Notes: generated by a model not told the origin, from the sequence alone. Shown: positions 10,056-19,912, numbered from the stretch's first letter. The stretch: 48,889 bases of DNA from Nocardioides sp. (GCA_025936915.1 JAICSK010000001.1:1-48889); one strand, 5' to 3'. Numbers and translations: made by a program.

Positions 10056-11494
10056 CAGTCACCCAGTTCCTTGCGCCGGCGGGTCACGTAGGCCTCGAGC
10101 TCCTCGCGGACCGCGTCGTCGATCGGCGGCGGCTCGTACTCGGCCAGCTTCTGCTTGTAGATCTCGCCCGCGCGGGTGGCCGTGTCCTTGGCGCCGTTGC
10201 GCATCCAGCGCTCGTAGTTCTCCGAGGACGACAGGAACGGCCGGTAGAAGCAGGTGCGAAACCGCTCCATCGTGTGCATCGCGCCCAGGAAGTGCCCGCC
10301 GTGGCCGACCTCCTGGTGGGCGTCGAACGCCATCGAGGCCTCGTCGATCTCCAGCGGAGTGAACTCGTGCTTGAGCATCTGCACGAGCTCGACGTCGATC
10401 ACGAACTTCTCGTAGCCCGCCACCAGGCCGCCCTCGAGCCAACCCGCCGAGTGCATCACCCAGTTGGCGCCGGCGAGGAAGGTCGGCAGCAGGGTCATCA
10501 GTGCCTCGTAGCCGGCCTGCGCGTCGGGTACCTGCGACGACGTGAGCCCGCCGCCGGTGCGGAAGGGCAGCCCGAAGTGCCGCGCGATCTGGCCGGTGCA
10601 GAGGAGCCCGATGCCAGACTCCGGCGTACCGAACGTCGGCGAGCCGGACTGCATGTCGATGTTGGACAGGAACGAGCCGAACACCACCGGGGCCCCGGGC
10701 CGGATCAGCTGCGAGAGCGCGATCCCCGACAGCGCCTCGGTGATCTGCTGCACCAGCGCGGCCGGGATCGTCACCGGCGACATGGCGCCCATCAGGATGA
10801 ACGGCGTGAGGACGACGGGCTGGTTGGCCGCGGAGTACTCGAACTGCGCCTCGAGCATCCGGTCGTCCCAGCGCAACGGGCTGTTGCAGTTGATCAGCGA
10901 GATGGTCGCCGGCGTCTGCTCGATCGACTCACGCGACCCGAAGAGGATCTCGGTCATCGCGATCGTGTCGGCGGCGTTGGTGCCGCTCACGACGTTGCCC
11001 ATGTAGATCTTGTCGGTCAGCGTCTGCAGCGCGTAGATCATGTCGAGGTGGCGGCTGTCGAGCGGGGTGTCGTTGGGCTCGGTGACCACGCCGCCGGCGC
11101 TGTCGAGCGCCGAGAACGTCTGGGCGAGGCGGCTGAAGTTGCGGAAGTCCTCCATCGTCCCGTCGCGGCGCACCTCACCCTGGCGCACGAACGGCGGACC
11201 GTAGACCGCGCCGAAGGCCATGGCGTCACCGCCGATGTGCACGCTGTTGTCGGGGTTGCGTGCCTGGAGGTCGAACTCCCGCGGCGCCTTGGCCACCTGC
11301 TCGAGCACGAAGTCCGGGTCCAGGAAGACCGTGCGCTCCTCGACCTTCTGTCCGGCCTTGCGGAACAGGTCGAGCGCGCGGTCGTCCATGAACTCGACGC
11401 CGATCTCGGTCATCAGGCGGCGCCACCCCTGGTCGAGGGTGGCGATCGCGTCCTCGGAGAGCACCTCGTAGCGGGGCATCCGGTTGCGGAACAT
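10055..11494 (-). CDS. MttB-superfamily (trimethylamine methyltransferase family) corrinoid methyltransferase without pyrrolysine; probable glycine betaine methyltransferase (MtgB-like)
   Basis: Motifs LQARNP, YGPPF, NCNSPLRWD, GAMSPVT, RPGAPVVFG, DMQSGSPTFGTPE, LPFRTGGGLTSS..PDAQAGYE, HSAGWLEGG, GHGGHFLG; no in-frame amber codon. Confidence 0.9.
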   Translation of the reverse strand: MFRNRMPRYEVLSEDAIATLDQGWRRLMTEIGVEFMDDRALDLFRKAGQKVEERTVFLDPDFVLEQVAKAPREFDLQARNPDNSVHIGGDAMAFGAVYGPPFVRQGEVRRDGTMEDFRNFSRLAQTFSALDSAGGVVTEPNDTPLDSRHLDMIYALQTLTDKIYMGNVVSGTNAADTIAMTEILFGSRESIEQTPATISLINCNSPLRWDDRMLEAQFEYSAANQPVVLTPFILMGAMSPVTIPAALVQQITEALSGIALSQLIRPGAPVVFGSFLSNIDMQSGSPTFGTPESGIGLLCTGQIARHFGLPFRTGGGLTSSQVPDAQAGYEALMTLLPTFLAGANWVMHSAGWLEGGLVAGYEKFVIDVELVQMLKHEFTPLEIDEASMAFDAHQEVGHGGHFLGAMHTMERFRTCFYRPFLSSSENYERWMRNGAKDTATRAGEIYKQKLAEYEPPPIDDAVREELEAYVTRRRKELGD

Positions 11495-11513
11495 CGGTCC
11501 TCCTGTCTAACCT

Positions 11514-11547
11514 CATGATGTGGGACCACAGTTCCACATCATGGAAC
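11514..11547. promoter_or_regulatory. Palindromic operator region in the mttB/iclR2 divergent promoter
   Basis: Perfect GTTCCA-CATCA-TGGAAC (11531-11547); 10-bp inverted repeat CATGATGTGG (11514-11523) / CCACATCATG (11534-11543). Confidence 0.7.
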
Positions 11548-11604
11548 CATCAGGAAAGCCCCCTCCCGGAATCGAGGGAGAGAAATGACCGACCGTGACC
11601 GATC

Positions 11605-12389
11605 ATGACTGAGCCCAGCAGCGGCACGCAGGCTCTCGACCGCGCCGTCCAGCTCGCCTCGACGGTGGTCCAGGCGGACGAGCCGCTCTCCTTCGCCGAC
11701 CTCCAGGAGTCCAGCGGGCTGGCCAAGTCGACGACCTCGCGGATACTCGCGGCCTTGGAGCGCGGCGGGCTGCTCGAGCGCGAGGACAACGGAGGCTACG
11801 TGGCCGGCAGCCTGTTCTGGTTGTACGCCGCCCAGCACGACCCGTGGGAGCAGCTGGTCCGGATCGCCCGACCGGTGATGGAACTGGTCGGCAGCGACAC
11901 CCAGGAGACCGTGCACCTGTCGGTGATGCGCGGTGACAAGGTCGTCCAGGTCGCCCAGGTCGACTCGCGCTACCTGCTCGGCACCCGGGACTGGACCCAG
12001 GTCGACGTACCGACCCACACCTCCGCCCTGGGCAAGGTCTTCTACGCGTGGGGCGTGCTGCCCGTGCCGCGCCGCCGGCTCGAGCGCCTTACCCCCAAGA
12101 CCCTGACCACCCCCCCGGAGCTCGAGCGCGACGGCGCCATCGCCCGTCGTCGCGGCTACGCCGTGACCGTCGACGAGCTCGAGGTCGGCCTCACCGGCAT
12201 CGCGGCCCCCGTGCGCGGGGTCCACGACGACATCGTGGCCGCGCTCGGCATCTCGGGACCCACCAGCCGCCTCGACCACCGGGTCGAGGAGCTCGGCCGC
12301 AACCTGGTCACCCGCGCGGCCGAGGTCGCGGCGATCCTGCACGGCAGTTCCCACCATCTGAAGAAGGACCTGAAGAAGGAAGGCGTGGC

Positions 12390-12393
<4 letters not shown>
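11605..12393 (+). CDS. IclR-family transcriptional regulator (IclR2)
   Basis: TQALDRA, HTH GLAKSTTSRILAALE, PTHTSALGK, GYAVTVDELEVG, ALGISGP; first gene of the corrinoid operon. Confidence 0.92.
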
Positions 12394-13054
<661 letters not shown>

Positions 13055-13058
<4 letters not shown>

Positions 13059-13930
13059 GCGCCACTCCCCTGGAGACCCGGCTGAGGAGCGCGACCAAGG
13101 AGGTCGTGATCGGGCACGGCCACCGGTTCTGCCTGATCGGCGAGCGGATCAACCCGACCGGCCGCCGGATCTTCCAGGAGCAGCTGCGCGCCGGCGACCT
13201 GTCCGCGATCGAGAAGGACGTCCGGGCGCAGGTCGAGGGCGGCGCCGACGTCCTCGACGTCAACATGGGTGTGCCCCTGACCGACGAGCCCGAGCTGCTC
13301 GCCAAGGCGATCACCATGGTCCAGCAGCTCACCGATCTCCCGATCTGCATCGACTCCTCGGTCGTCGAGGCGCTCGAGGCGGGTCTGTCGGTCTACCAGG
13401 GCCGGGCGCTGGTCAACTCGATCACCGCCGAGGACGACCGGATGGCCGCCGTCCTCCCGCTGGTGAAGAAGTACGACGCCGCGATCATCGCCCTGCCCAA
13501 CGACCACGACGAGATCCCGATGGAGGCCGACAAGCGCCTCGTCCTGACCGAGAAGATCATCCGCGTCGCCACCGAGGAGTACGGCATCGACGCGGCCGAC
13601 ATCGTGATCGATCCCCTGGCCATGCCGATCGGCGCCGACACCACCACGTCCCTGGTGACGATGGAGACCATGCGGCGCATCCGCGACCGGTTCGGAGTGA
13701 ACATGACCTGCGGCGCGTCCAACGTGTCGTTCGGGATGCCCGACCGGCACACGCTGAACTCGGTCTGGCTGCCGATGGCGATGACGTCGGGACTCACCAG
13801 CGCGATCATGGACGCCCGGACTCCGCAGATCGTCGAGGCGGTCAAGGCCGCCGACGTGTTCTTGAACCACGACGACTGGGGCATGGCCTGGATCTCCGCC
13901 CACCGCGCCAAGCAGACGGCGTCCGTGTGA
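13055..13930 (+). CDS. Pterin-binding methylcorrinoid:tetrahydrofolate methyltransferase (AcsE/MtgA/MetH folate-domain family)
   Basis: LIGERINPTG, GADVLDVN, PICIDSS, LVNSI, IVIDPL, GASNVSFGMP, GLTSAIMD; ATGA overlap with the corrinoid gene. Confidence 0.88.
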
Positions 13931-13951
13931 GCGGCGGTGCGTGAGGACGGG

Positions 13952-15931
13952 ATGAGCCAGAGCGAGCGCGAGGAGCCGGAGTTCTCGCTCGACGCCGTAC
14001 GCCGTGAGGGGCTGCTCGCTCCGTCCGGGGCCGAGCCGGTGGCACACGACGGCACCGGCCGGGTCCAGCTGTCCTTCACCGTCGAGGACAAGGAGGCGCC
14101 GCCGACGCAGCGGCAGGTGCGGGTGCCCCCGGGCGTCAGCGTCTTCGACTCCGCCTCGTGGAACGGCATCGCGATCGACTCCACCTGCGGCGGACACGGG
14201 ACCTGTCACAAGTGCAAGGTGCGGATGTCGCCGGTCACCGGCGTCACGCTGCACGACCAGCGCACGTTCACGCCCGCCGAGCTCGAGGCCGGGTGGCGCC
14301 TGGCCTGCCTGGTGCGGGCGACCCGCGACCACGACGTCGTCGTACCCCCGCTCACCACCCGGCCCAAGGCGGCGACCGTGGGCGTCGGGCGCCAGGTGAT
14401 CCTGCGCCCGGCGGTCCAGAAGAGGTACGTCGAGCTAGCGGAGCCGACCCTCGTCGACCAGCGACCCGACCTGACCCGGCTGCTCGACGCCATCGACGAC
14501 CTCGAGCCGGTGCCCGACCTGCACGCGCTGCGCCGGCTCCCGTCGGTGTTGCGACAGGCGGACTTCAAGGTCACCGCCGTCGTGGTCGACGAGACGCTGA
14601 TCGACGTCGAGCCCGGCGACACCACGAACATCCGGCACGCGATCGCCTTCGACCTCGGTACGACGACGGTGGTGGCGACTCTGCTCGACCTGGTCACCGG
14701 CACCCCGGTCGCGGTGGCCTCCATGCTGAACAAGCAGCAGCCGTTCGGCGGCGACGTGATCTCCCGCATCAGCGCGACGATGATCGACCCCGCCGCGCTC
14801 GGCCGCCTCCAGGAGGCCGCAGGTCAGACCCTGGCGACGCTCGCGGACCAGGTGTGTCGCGAGGGAGGCGTCGAGCCGCAGCACGTCTACGAGGCAGCCC
14901 TGGCCGGAAACGCGACCATGACCGCGCTGGTCCTCGGCATCGATCCCGAGCCGCTCGGTGTCGCGCCGTTCGTGCAGTCGACGGCGACGCCCCCGACCGT
15001 GCTCGCCACCGAGATCGGGCTCTCGCTCCACCCGCGCGCCCGGGTCGCGTTGTTCCCGGCGCTCGGGGCGTACGTCGGCGGCGACATCGTCGCGGGCATG
15101 CTCGCGACCGGGATGGATCGCGACAAGCGGGTGCGGCTGTTCATCGACGTCGGCACCAACTGCGAGATCGTGCTGAGCGACGGCGAGCGGATCCTGTCGA
15201 CGGCGGCGCCGGCGGGCCCGGCGTTCGAGGGCGGCGCGATCCGCTGCGGGATGCGGGCCGCCGACGGCGCGATCGAGGTCGTCAAGCTCACCCCCGACGC
15301 CTCCGACGCCTCCGCGGACGAGCGAAGCGTCGAGCTCGGCGTGATCGGCGACGTACTGCCGCGCGGCCTGTGCGGGTCCGGCCTGGTCGACGCGGTCGCG
15401 GAGCTGGTGAAGGCGGGGCTGCTCGACGCGAGCGGGAGGTTCGTCACCGACGAGGTCGCCAAGGAGATCGCGCCCGGGCTGGCCGACCGCCTCACCGCGA
15501 TCGGGCAGGAGCGGGTGTTCGTGCTCCACCGCGAACGCCCCGACTCCGATCCTTCCGAGTGCGTGGTGCTGTCACAGCGCGACGTCCGCGAGCTGCAGTT
15601 CGCCAAGGCCGCGATCTCGACCGGCTGGACGCTGCTGATGGAGGAGCTCGGGCTGGAGCACGGCGACCTGCAGCAGGTGCTGCTCGCCGGTTCGTTCGGC
15701 AGCTACCTGTCCGCGGCGTCGGCGGTGCGGATCGGGCTGGTGCCCCAGCTGCCCGTGCTGCGCATCGTCGCGGCCGGCAACGTCGCCGGCGAGGGCGCCA
15801 AGATGGCGCTGCTGTCGATCCGCGAGCGCGCGGGTGCGGTCGCCCTGCTCGAGGAGGTGACCTATGTCGAGCTCTCCGACCGAGCGGACTTCAACGACCG
15901 CTTCGTCGACCTCCTTGCGTTCCCGAGCTGA
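13952..15931 (+). CDS. ATP-dependent reductive activator of corrinoid proteins (RACE/RACo/RamA-like; 2Fe-2S plus ASKHA domain)
   Basis: 2Fe-2S motif CGGHGTCHKC...RLAC; ASKHA motifs FDLGTTT, FGGDVISRI, YVGGDIVAG, IDVGTNCE, AGPAFEG, GLCGSG, DVRELQFAKAAI, LAGSFG, GNVAGEGA; alternative GTG start at 13937. Confidence 0.9.
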   Translation: MSQSEREEPEFSLDAVRREGLLAPSGAEPVAHDGTGRVQLSFTVEDKEAPPTQRQVRVPPGVSVFDSASWNGIAIDSTCGGHGTCHKCKVRMSPVTGVTLHDQRTFTPAELEAGWRLACLVRATRDHDVVVPPLTTRPKAATVGVGRQVILRPAVQKRYVELAEPTLVDQRPDLTRLLDAIDDLEPVPDLHALRRLPSVLRQADFKVTAVVVDETLIDVEPGDTTNIRHAIAFDLGTTTVVATLLDLVTGTPVAVASMLNKQQPFGGDVISRISATMIDPAALGRLQEAAGQTLATLADQVCREGGVEPQHVYEAALAGNATMTALVLGIDPEPLGVAPFVQSTATPPTVLATEIGLSLHPRARVALFPALGAYVGGDIVAGMLATGMDRDKRVRLFIDVGTNCEIVLSDGERILSTAAPAGPAFEGGAIRCGMRAADGAIEVVKLTPDASDASADERSVELGVIGDVLPRGLCGSGLVDAVAELVKAGLLDASGRFVTDEVAKEIAPGLADRLTAIGQERVFVLHRERPDSDPSECVVLSQRDVRELQFAKAAISTGWTLLMEELGLEHGDLQQVLLAGSFGSYLSAASAVRIGLVPQLPVLRIVAAGNVAGEGAKMALLSIRERAGAVALLEEVTYVELSDRADFNDRFVDLLAFPS

Positions 15932-16538
15932 GCCCGCCCGGGTCGCCCTGGTCGCCTGCGGTGCGCTCGCCCAGCCGGCGGCGGCCGTGGTCGAACGCCG
16001 CGGCTGGCCGGTCGACGTACACCCGCTGCCGCCGCTGCTGCACAACCGGCCACACCTGATCGCCGACGAGGTACGACGGGTGGCCGGCGAGCTGGCGTCG
16101 TCGTACGACGAGGTCGCGGTCGGGTACGCCGACTGCGGGACGTACGGCGCGCTCGACGCGGTCTGCGACGAGCTCGGCCTGCGCCGGCTGCCGGGGCTGC
16201 ACTGCTACGACCTGTTCGAGGGTGAGTCCGCCGTCGCCGCACGGCTGGACGCCGAGCCGGGCACCTATCTCCTCACCGACTTCCTGGTGCGCTCCTTCGA
16301 GCGGACCGTCGTACGCGAGCTCGGGCTCGACCGGTGGCCGGAGCTGCGCGAGGACTACTTCGCCCACTACACGCGGGTCGTGTGGCTGGCGCAGGAGCCG
16401 GACGCCGAGCTGCGCGTCCTCGCCCAGCGGGCGGCCGATCGGATCGGGCTGCCGCTGACCGTGGTGCCGACCGGGACGGGCCGGCTCGAGCAGGCGCTGG
16501 CCGGGCTCCTGGCGGCCCCCCTGCGGGATAGTCCCTGA
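15864..16538 (+). CDS. DUF1638-like protein (corrinoid methyltransferase-associated)
   Basis: VACGAL, LHNRP, VGYADCGT, HCYDLF, EPGTYLLTDFL, YFAHYTRVVWLAQ; ATG 15864 follows GAGGAGG (68-nt overlap with the activator); alternative TTG at 15915. Confidence 0.75.
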   Translation: MSSSPTERTSTTASSTSLRSRAEPARVALVACGALAQPAAAVVERRGWPVDVHPLPPLLHNRPHLIADEVRRVAGELASSYDEVAVGYADCGTYGALDAVCDELGLRRLPGLHCYDLFEGESAVAARLDAEPGTYLLTDFLVRSFERTVVRELGLDRWPELREDYFAHYTRVVWLAQEPDAELRVLAQRAADRIGLPLTVVPTGTGRLEQALAGLLAAPLRDSP

Positions 16539-16589
16539 CGAAATGGTCGCGATCCCCGCCCAGATGCAGCCATTTCGTCAGGGACTATC
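16527..16589. terminator. Perfect 20-bp inverted repeat between convergent genes (bidirectional terminator or REP-like element)
   Basis: GATAGTCCCTGACGAAATGG (16527-16546) / CCATTTCGTCAGGGACTATC (16570-16589), 23-nt loop; each arm contains the stop codon of a flanking gene. Confidence 0.8.
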
Positions 16590-17835
16590 GCTCCGACGGC
16601 TCGAAGACGCGGAGCAGTCGTTCTGCCTTCCAGCGCGACTCGGCGTACTCCTCCTGCACGTCGGAGCGGACGGTGATCCCGCCGCCGGTTCCGACCTCCC
16701 AGATGCCGTCGCCGGCGGTGGTCAGCGTGCGGATGACGACGCCGAGGTCGGCCTGGCCGTCGCCGGCGATCCAGCCGAATGCGCCGGCGTACGCCCCGCG
16801 GGCCGTGGACTCGACATCGCGGATGACCTCCATCGTCCGCAGCTTGGGCGCGCCGGTCATCGAGCCGGCCGGGAAGAGTGCGCGCAGGGCGCCGACCGTG
16901 GTGACGTCGTCGCGGAGGCGGCCGCGCACCGTCGAGACCAGCTGGTGGACCGAGGCGTACGACTCGACCTCCATCAACACCGGCACCTCGACGCTGCCGG
17001 GCTCGGCCACCATGCCGATGTCGTTGCGGAGCAGGTCGACGATCATCAGGTTCTCCGCTCGGAACTTGGGGTCCGTGGCGAGGCGCCGCCGGAGCAGCTC
17101 GTCCTCCTCGGGCGTCGACCCGCGCGGCGTGGTGCCCTTGATCGGTTTGGTCTCGATCGTGCGCCGGCGGTCGATCGTGGCGAAGCGCTCCGGCGACGAG
17201 CTCAGCAAGCAGCAGCCGTGGTGCTGCAGGAATCCGGCGTACGGCGCGGGGTTGAGCGCCCGGAGCCGGAGGTACGCCGTGACCGGGTCGAGGTCGCTCG
17301 CCACCGTGAGCCGGTGGGTGAGGTTGACCTCGTAGCTGTTGCCCGCGTGCAGCTGCTCCTGCACCTCGGCGAATGCCGTGGCGTACTCCGCGGGCACCGG
17401 AACGTCCTCCGCCCGATCGGCTGCCACCGACGAGGGGTCGCCGGCGTACTCCGGGTGCTCGAAGACCTGCACGTGGCAGGTGCGCATCCACACCGCGTCC
17501 GGCATCGGCGTACCGACGAGGGCGGGCAGGTCGCGCCGGCTCGCGTACCCGAAGTAGCCGACCCAGTGCGCGTCGGGCGGGTCGTTCGCCAGCTGCTCCT
17601 CGAGAACGGCGAAGACGTCGTCGCCGACCACCTCGGCCCGCCCCGACGCGTGCCGGGTCACCTCACCGCGCAGCGCGTCGTAGGTGAGCGAGACGTCGTC
17701 GTGGTCCAGCCGGCCGAGCAGCGACCGGCGTCCCGACCACGGCCGCGCTCCGCCGCCGTCGAGCCAGAAGCACCGGTCCTGCGTGCGGGCGATCTGCTCG
17801 AAGCGGGCAGCCGCCTCGGCGTCGACCGCGGTCAT
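16585..17835 (-). CDS. pabB: Aminodeoxychorismate synthase component I
   Basis: Chorismate-binding motifs GNSYEVNLT, NPAPY, SSSPERF, TKPIKGT (PIKGT, not the TrpE PIAGT), AENLMIVDLLRND, GSMTGAPK, EYAESRWKA. Confidence 0.8.
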   Translation of the reverse strand: MTAVDAEAAARFEQIARTQDRCFWLDGGGARPWSGRRSLLGRLDHDDVSLTYDALRGEVTRHASGRAEVVGDDVFAVLEEQLANDPPDAHWVGYFGYASRRDLPALVGTPMPDAVWMRTCHVQVFEHPEYAGDPSSVAADRAEDVPVPAEYATAFAEVQEQLHAGNSYEVNLTHRLTVASDLDPVTAYLRLRALNPAPYAGFLQHHGCCLLSSSPERFATIDRRRTIETKPIKGTTPRGSTPEEDELLRRRLATDPKFRAENLMIVDLLRNDIGMVAEPGSVEVPVLMEVESYASVHQLVSTVRGRLRDDVTTVGALRALFPAGSMTGAPKLRTMEVIRDVESTARGAYAGAFGWIAGDGQADLGVVIRTLTTAGDGIWEVGTGGGITVRSDVQEEYAESRWKAERLLRVFEPSER

Positions 17836-18416
17836 GATCGCTCCAGGAAGTTGCTCACCAGCCGGGCGCCGTGCTCGCTCAGCACCGACTCGGGATGGAA
17901 CTGCACGCCCTCCAGCGGGAGACTCCGGTGACGCACCCCCATCACGACGGTCCCGCCGGCGTCGTCGCGGCACGTCGCGGTCACGAGCAGCTCTTTCGGC
18001 ACCCGGGTCGCGGCGAGGGAGTGGTAGCGGACCGCGCGGGCAGGCGTCGGGATGCCGGCGAAGACGCCCCGGCCGTCGTGGTCGACCTCGGCGACGTCGC
18101 CGTGCGCGGGCGCGATCCGCTCGACCAGCCCGCCGTACGTCGTGACCAGGCCCTGCATGCCGAGGCACACGCCGAGCACGGGGACGGTCCCGGCGAGCAG
18201 CACCTCCCGGCCCACGGAGAAGTCCGCGGGGTCGGCCGGATGGCCCGGTCCCGGCGACAGCACGACCCGGTCGAAGGACAACACGTGAGCGGCCGTGGTC
18301 GCGTCGTGCTGCACCACCTCCGGGAGGACCCCGGTGACGCCGGCGACCAGGTGAACCAGGTTCCAGGTGTAGGAGTCGTGGTGATCGACCACGACCACCT
18401 GCGACGGGACTCCCAC
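17832..18416 (-). CDS. pabA: Glutamine amidotransferase, aminodeoxychorismate synthase component II
   Basis: VDHHDSYTWNL, LSPGPGHP, LGVCLGMQ, RYHSL, GVQFHPES; stop overlaps the pabB ATG; GTG start 6 nt after TACCTT (leaderless). Confidence 0.8.
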   Translation of the reverse strand: MGVPSQVVVVDHHDSYTWNLVHLVAGVTGVLPEVVQHDATTAAHVLSFDRVVLSPGPGHPADPADFSVGREVLLAGTVPVLGVCLGMQGLVTTYGGLVERIAPAHGDVAEVDHDGRGVFAGIPTPARAVRYHSLAATRVPKELLVTATCRDDAGGTVVMGVRHRSLPLEGVQFHPESVLSEHGARLVSNFLERS

Positions 18417-18434
18417 GCGCGCAAGGTACTGCCC

Positions 18435-18497
18435 TTGACGGGGCCGGGAACAGGAGGCATCGTTGCAATACACGCATCGGATTGCGAATAACGCAAC
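18435..18497 (+). promoter_or_regulatory. sdaA-folD promoter with tandem operator pair
   Basis: -35 TTGACG (18435-18440), 17-nt spacer, -10 CATCGT (18458-18463); GTTGCA-ATACA-CGCATC (18462-18478) and ATTGCG-AATAA-CGCAAC (18481-18497). Confidence 0.72.
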
Positions 18498-18521
18498 AGT
18501 GGGACCGAAAGGCTCCGCCTG

Positions 18522-19901
18522 ATGGCACTCTCCGCCTTCGACCTCTACTCGGTGGGCATCGGGCCGTCCTCGTCGCACACGGTGGGGCCCATGCGCGCCG
18601 CCAAGAGGTTCGCCGACGGGCTGGCCGAGGCGGGCCGGCTCGGCGACGTACGCCGGATCCGGGCCGAGCTGTTCGGCTCCCTCGGTGCGACCGGGCACGG
18701 CCACGGATCGCCCAAGGCCGTCGTCCTCGGCCTCGAGGGCGAGGACCCGGCCACCGTCGACACCGAGCGGGCCGATGGTCGTCTCGACGAGATCCGGTCG
18801 ACCGGCTCGTTGCTGCTCGCCGGGACGACGTCGGTGCCGTTCGACGTCGACGAGGACCTGGTGATGCACCGCCGCCGGAGCCTCCCGGCACATCCCAACG
18901 GGATGACCTTCGCGGCGTACGACGCCGATGACGCCGAGATCAGCTTCCGCACCTACTACTCCGTCGGCGGCGGCTTCGTCGTCGACGAGGAGGCCACCGG
19001 AGCCGACCGGGTGGTGGTCGACGAGACCCCGCTGCGCTTCCCGTTCACGACCGGCGCGGAGCTGCTGGAGATCTGCGCTCGCGAGGGCCTGTCGATCAGC
19101 GAGGTGATGCTCGCCAACGAGGCGGCGTGGCGCACCGAGGCCGAGATCCGTGACGGGATGCTCCATCTCTGGTCGGTGATGGCCGAGTGTGTCCGGACCG
19201 GCTATCACCGGGAGGGCTTCCTCCCCGGCGGGTTGAAGGTCCCGCGGCGTGCCCCGTCGCTCCACCGCGAGCTGTCCGCCAGGTGGGCCGAGGGGGAGGT
19301 CGACCCGCTGCACGTCATGGACTGGGTGAACCTCTACGCGCTGTCGGTGAACGAGGAGAACGCCTCGGGCGGCCGGATCGTCACCGCGCCGACCAACGGC
19401 GCGGCCGGGATCATCCCCGCCGTTCTGCACTACTACGTGAAGTTCGTGCCCGGTGCCGACGACGACGGCATCGTCCGCTACCTGCTCACCGCTGCCGCGA
19501 TCGGGATCCTGTTCAAGACCAACGCGTCGATCTCCGGGGCCGAGGTCGGCTGCCAGGGTGAGGTCGGGTCGGCGTGCTCGATGGCTGCCGGCGGTCTCGC
19601 CGAGGTCCTCGGTGGGTCGCCCGCACAGGTCGAGAACGCCGCGGAGGTCGGCATCGAGCACAACCTCGGGCTGACCTGTGACCCGGTCGGGGGGCTGGTG
19701 CAGATCCCGTGCATCGAGCGCAACGCGATCGCGTCCGTGAAGGCGATCAACGCCGCCCGGCTCGCGATCATCGGCGACGGCAGCCACAAGGTGAGCCTCG
19801 ACAAGGCGATCAAGACGATGCGCGACACCGGCCGCGACATGAAGACCAAGTACAAGGAGACCGCCCGTGGTGGTCTCGCCGTCAACGTGATCGAGTGCTG
19901 A
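18522..19901 (+). CDS. sdaA: L-serine ammonia-lyase (Fe-S dependent, single chain)
   Basis: [79 protein letters not shown]. Confidence 0.95.
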   Translation: MALSAFDLYSVGIGPSSSHTVGPMRAAKRFADGLAEAGRLGDVRRIRAELFGSLGATGHGHGSPKAVVLGLEGEDPATVDTERADGRLDEIRSTGSLLLAGTTSVPFDVDEDLVMHRRRSLPAHPNGMTFAAYDADDAEISFRTYYSVGGGFVVDEEATGADRVVVDETPLRFPFTTGAELLEICAREGLSISEVMLANEAAWRTEAEIRDGMLHLWSVMAECVRTGYHREGFLPGGLKVPRRAPSLHRELSARWAEGEVDPLHVMDWVNLYALSVNEENASGGRIVTAPTNGAAGIIPAVLHYYVKFVPGADDDGIVRYLLTAAAIGILFKTNASISGAEVGCQGEVGSACSMAAGGLAEVLGGSPAQVENAAEVGIEHNLGLTCDPVGGLVQIPCIERNAIASVKAINAARLAIIGDGSHKVSLDKAIKTMRDTGRDMKTKYKETARGGLAVNVIEC

Positions 19902-19912
19902 GGGATCCACCG

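Noticed and set aside
10055-11494. Pyrrolysine-containing trimethylamine methyltransferase
   Set aside because: The ORF has no in-frame TAG, the approximate Pyl position reads GGGLTSS, and no pyl genes are present.
11495-11604. Cobalamin or other riboswitch upstream of the corrinoid genes
   Set aside because: The gap is only 110 bp, is occupied by palindromic operators and shows no recognisable B12-box. An Rfam scan would confirm.
8456-12196. 30-bp inverted repeat (8456-8485 / 12167-12196) as transposon or invertible-segment ends
   Set aside because: Both copies encode the conserved VDELEVGLT motif of paralogous IclR genes, and no recombinase or transposase is nearby.
16585-18416. Anthranilate synthase trpEG
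   Set aside because: PIKGT motif, no other trp genes and folate context favour pabAB.
16585-18891. ORF-track N-terminal extensions suggesting fusions (pabB 768 aa, pabA 692 aa, proV 618 aa, recB 1284 aa, BBE 816 aa)
   Set aside because: Extensions are Arg/Pro/Gly-rich read-through into neighbouring genes; starts were reassigned using overlaps, RBS or -10 elements.
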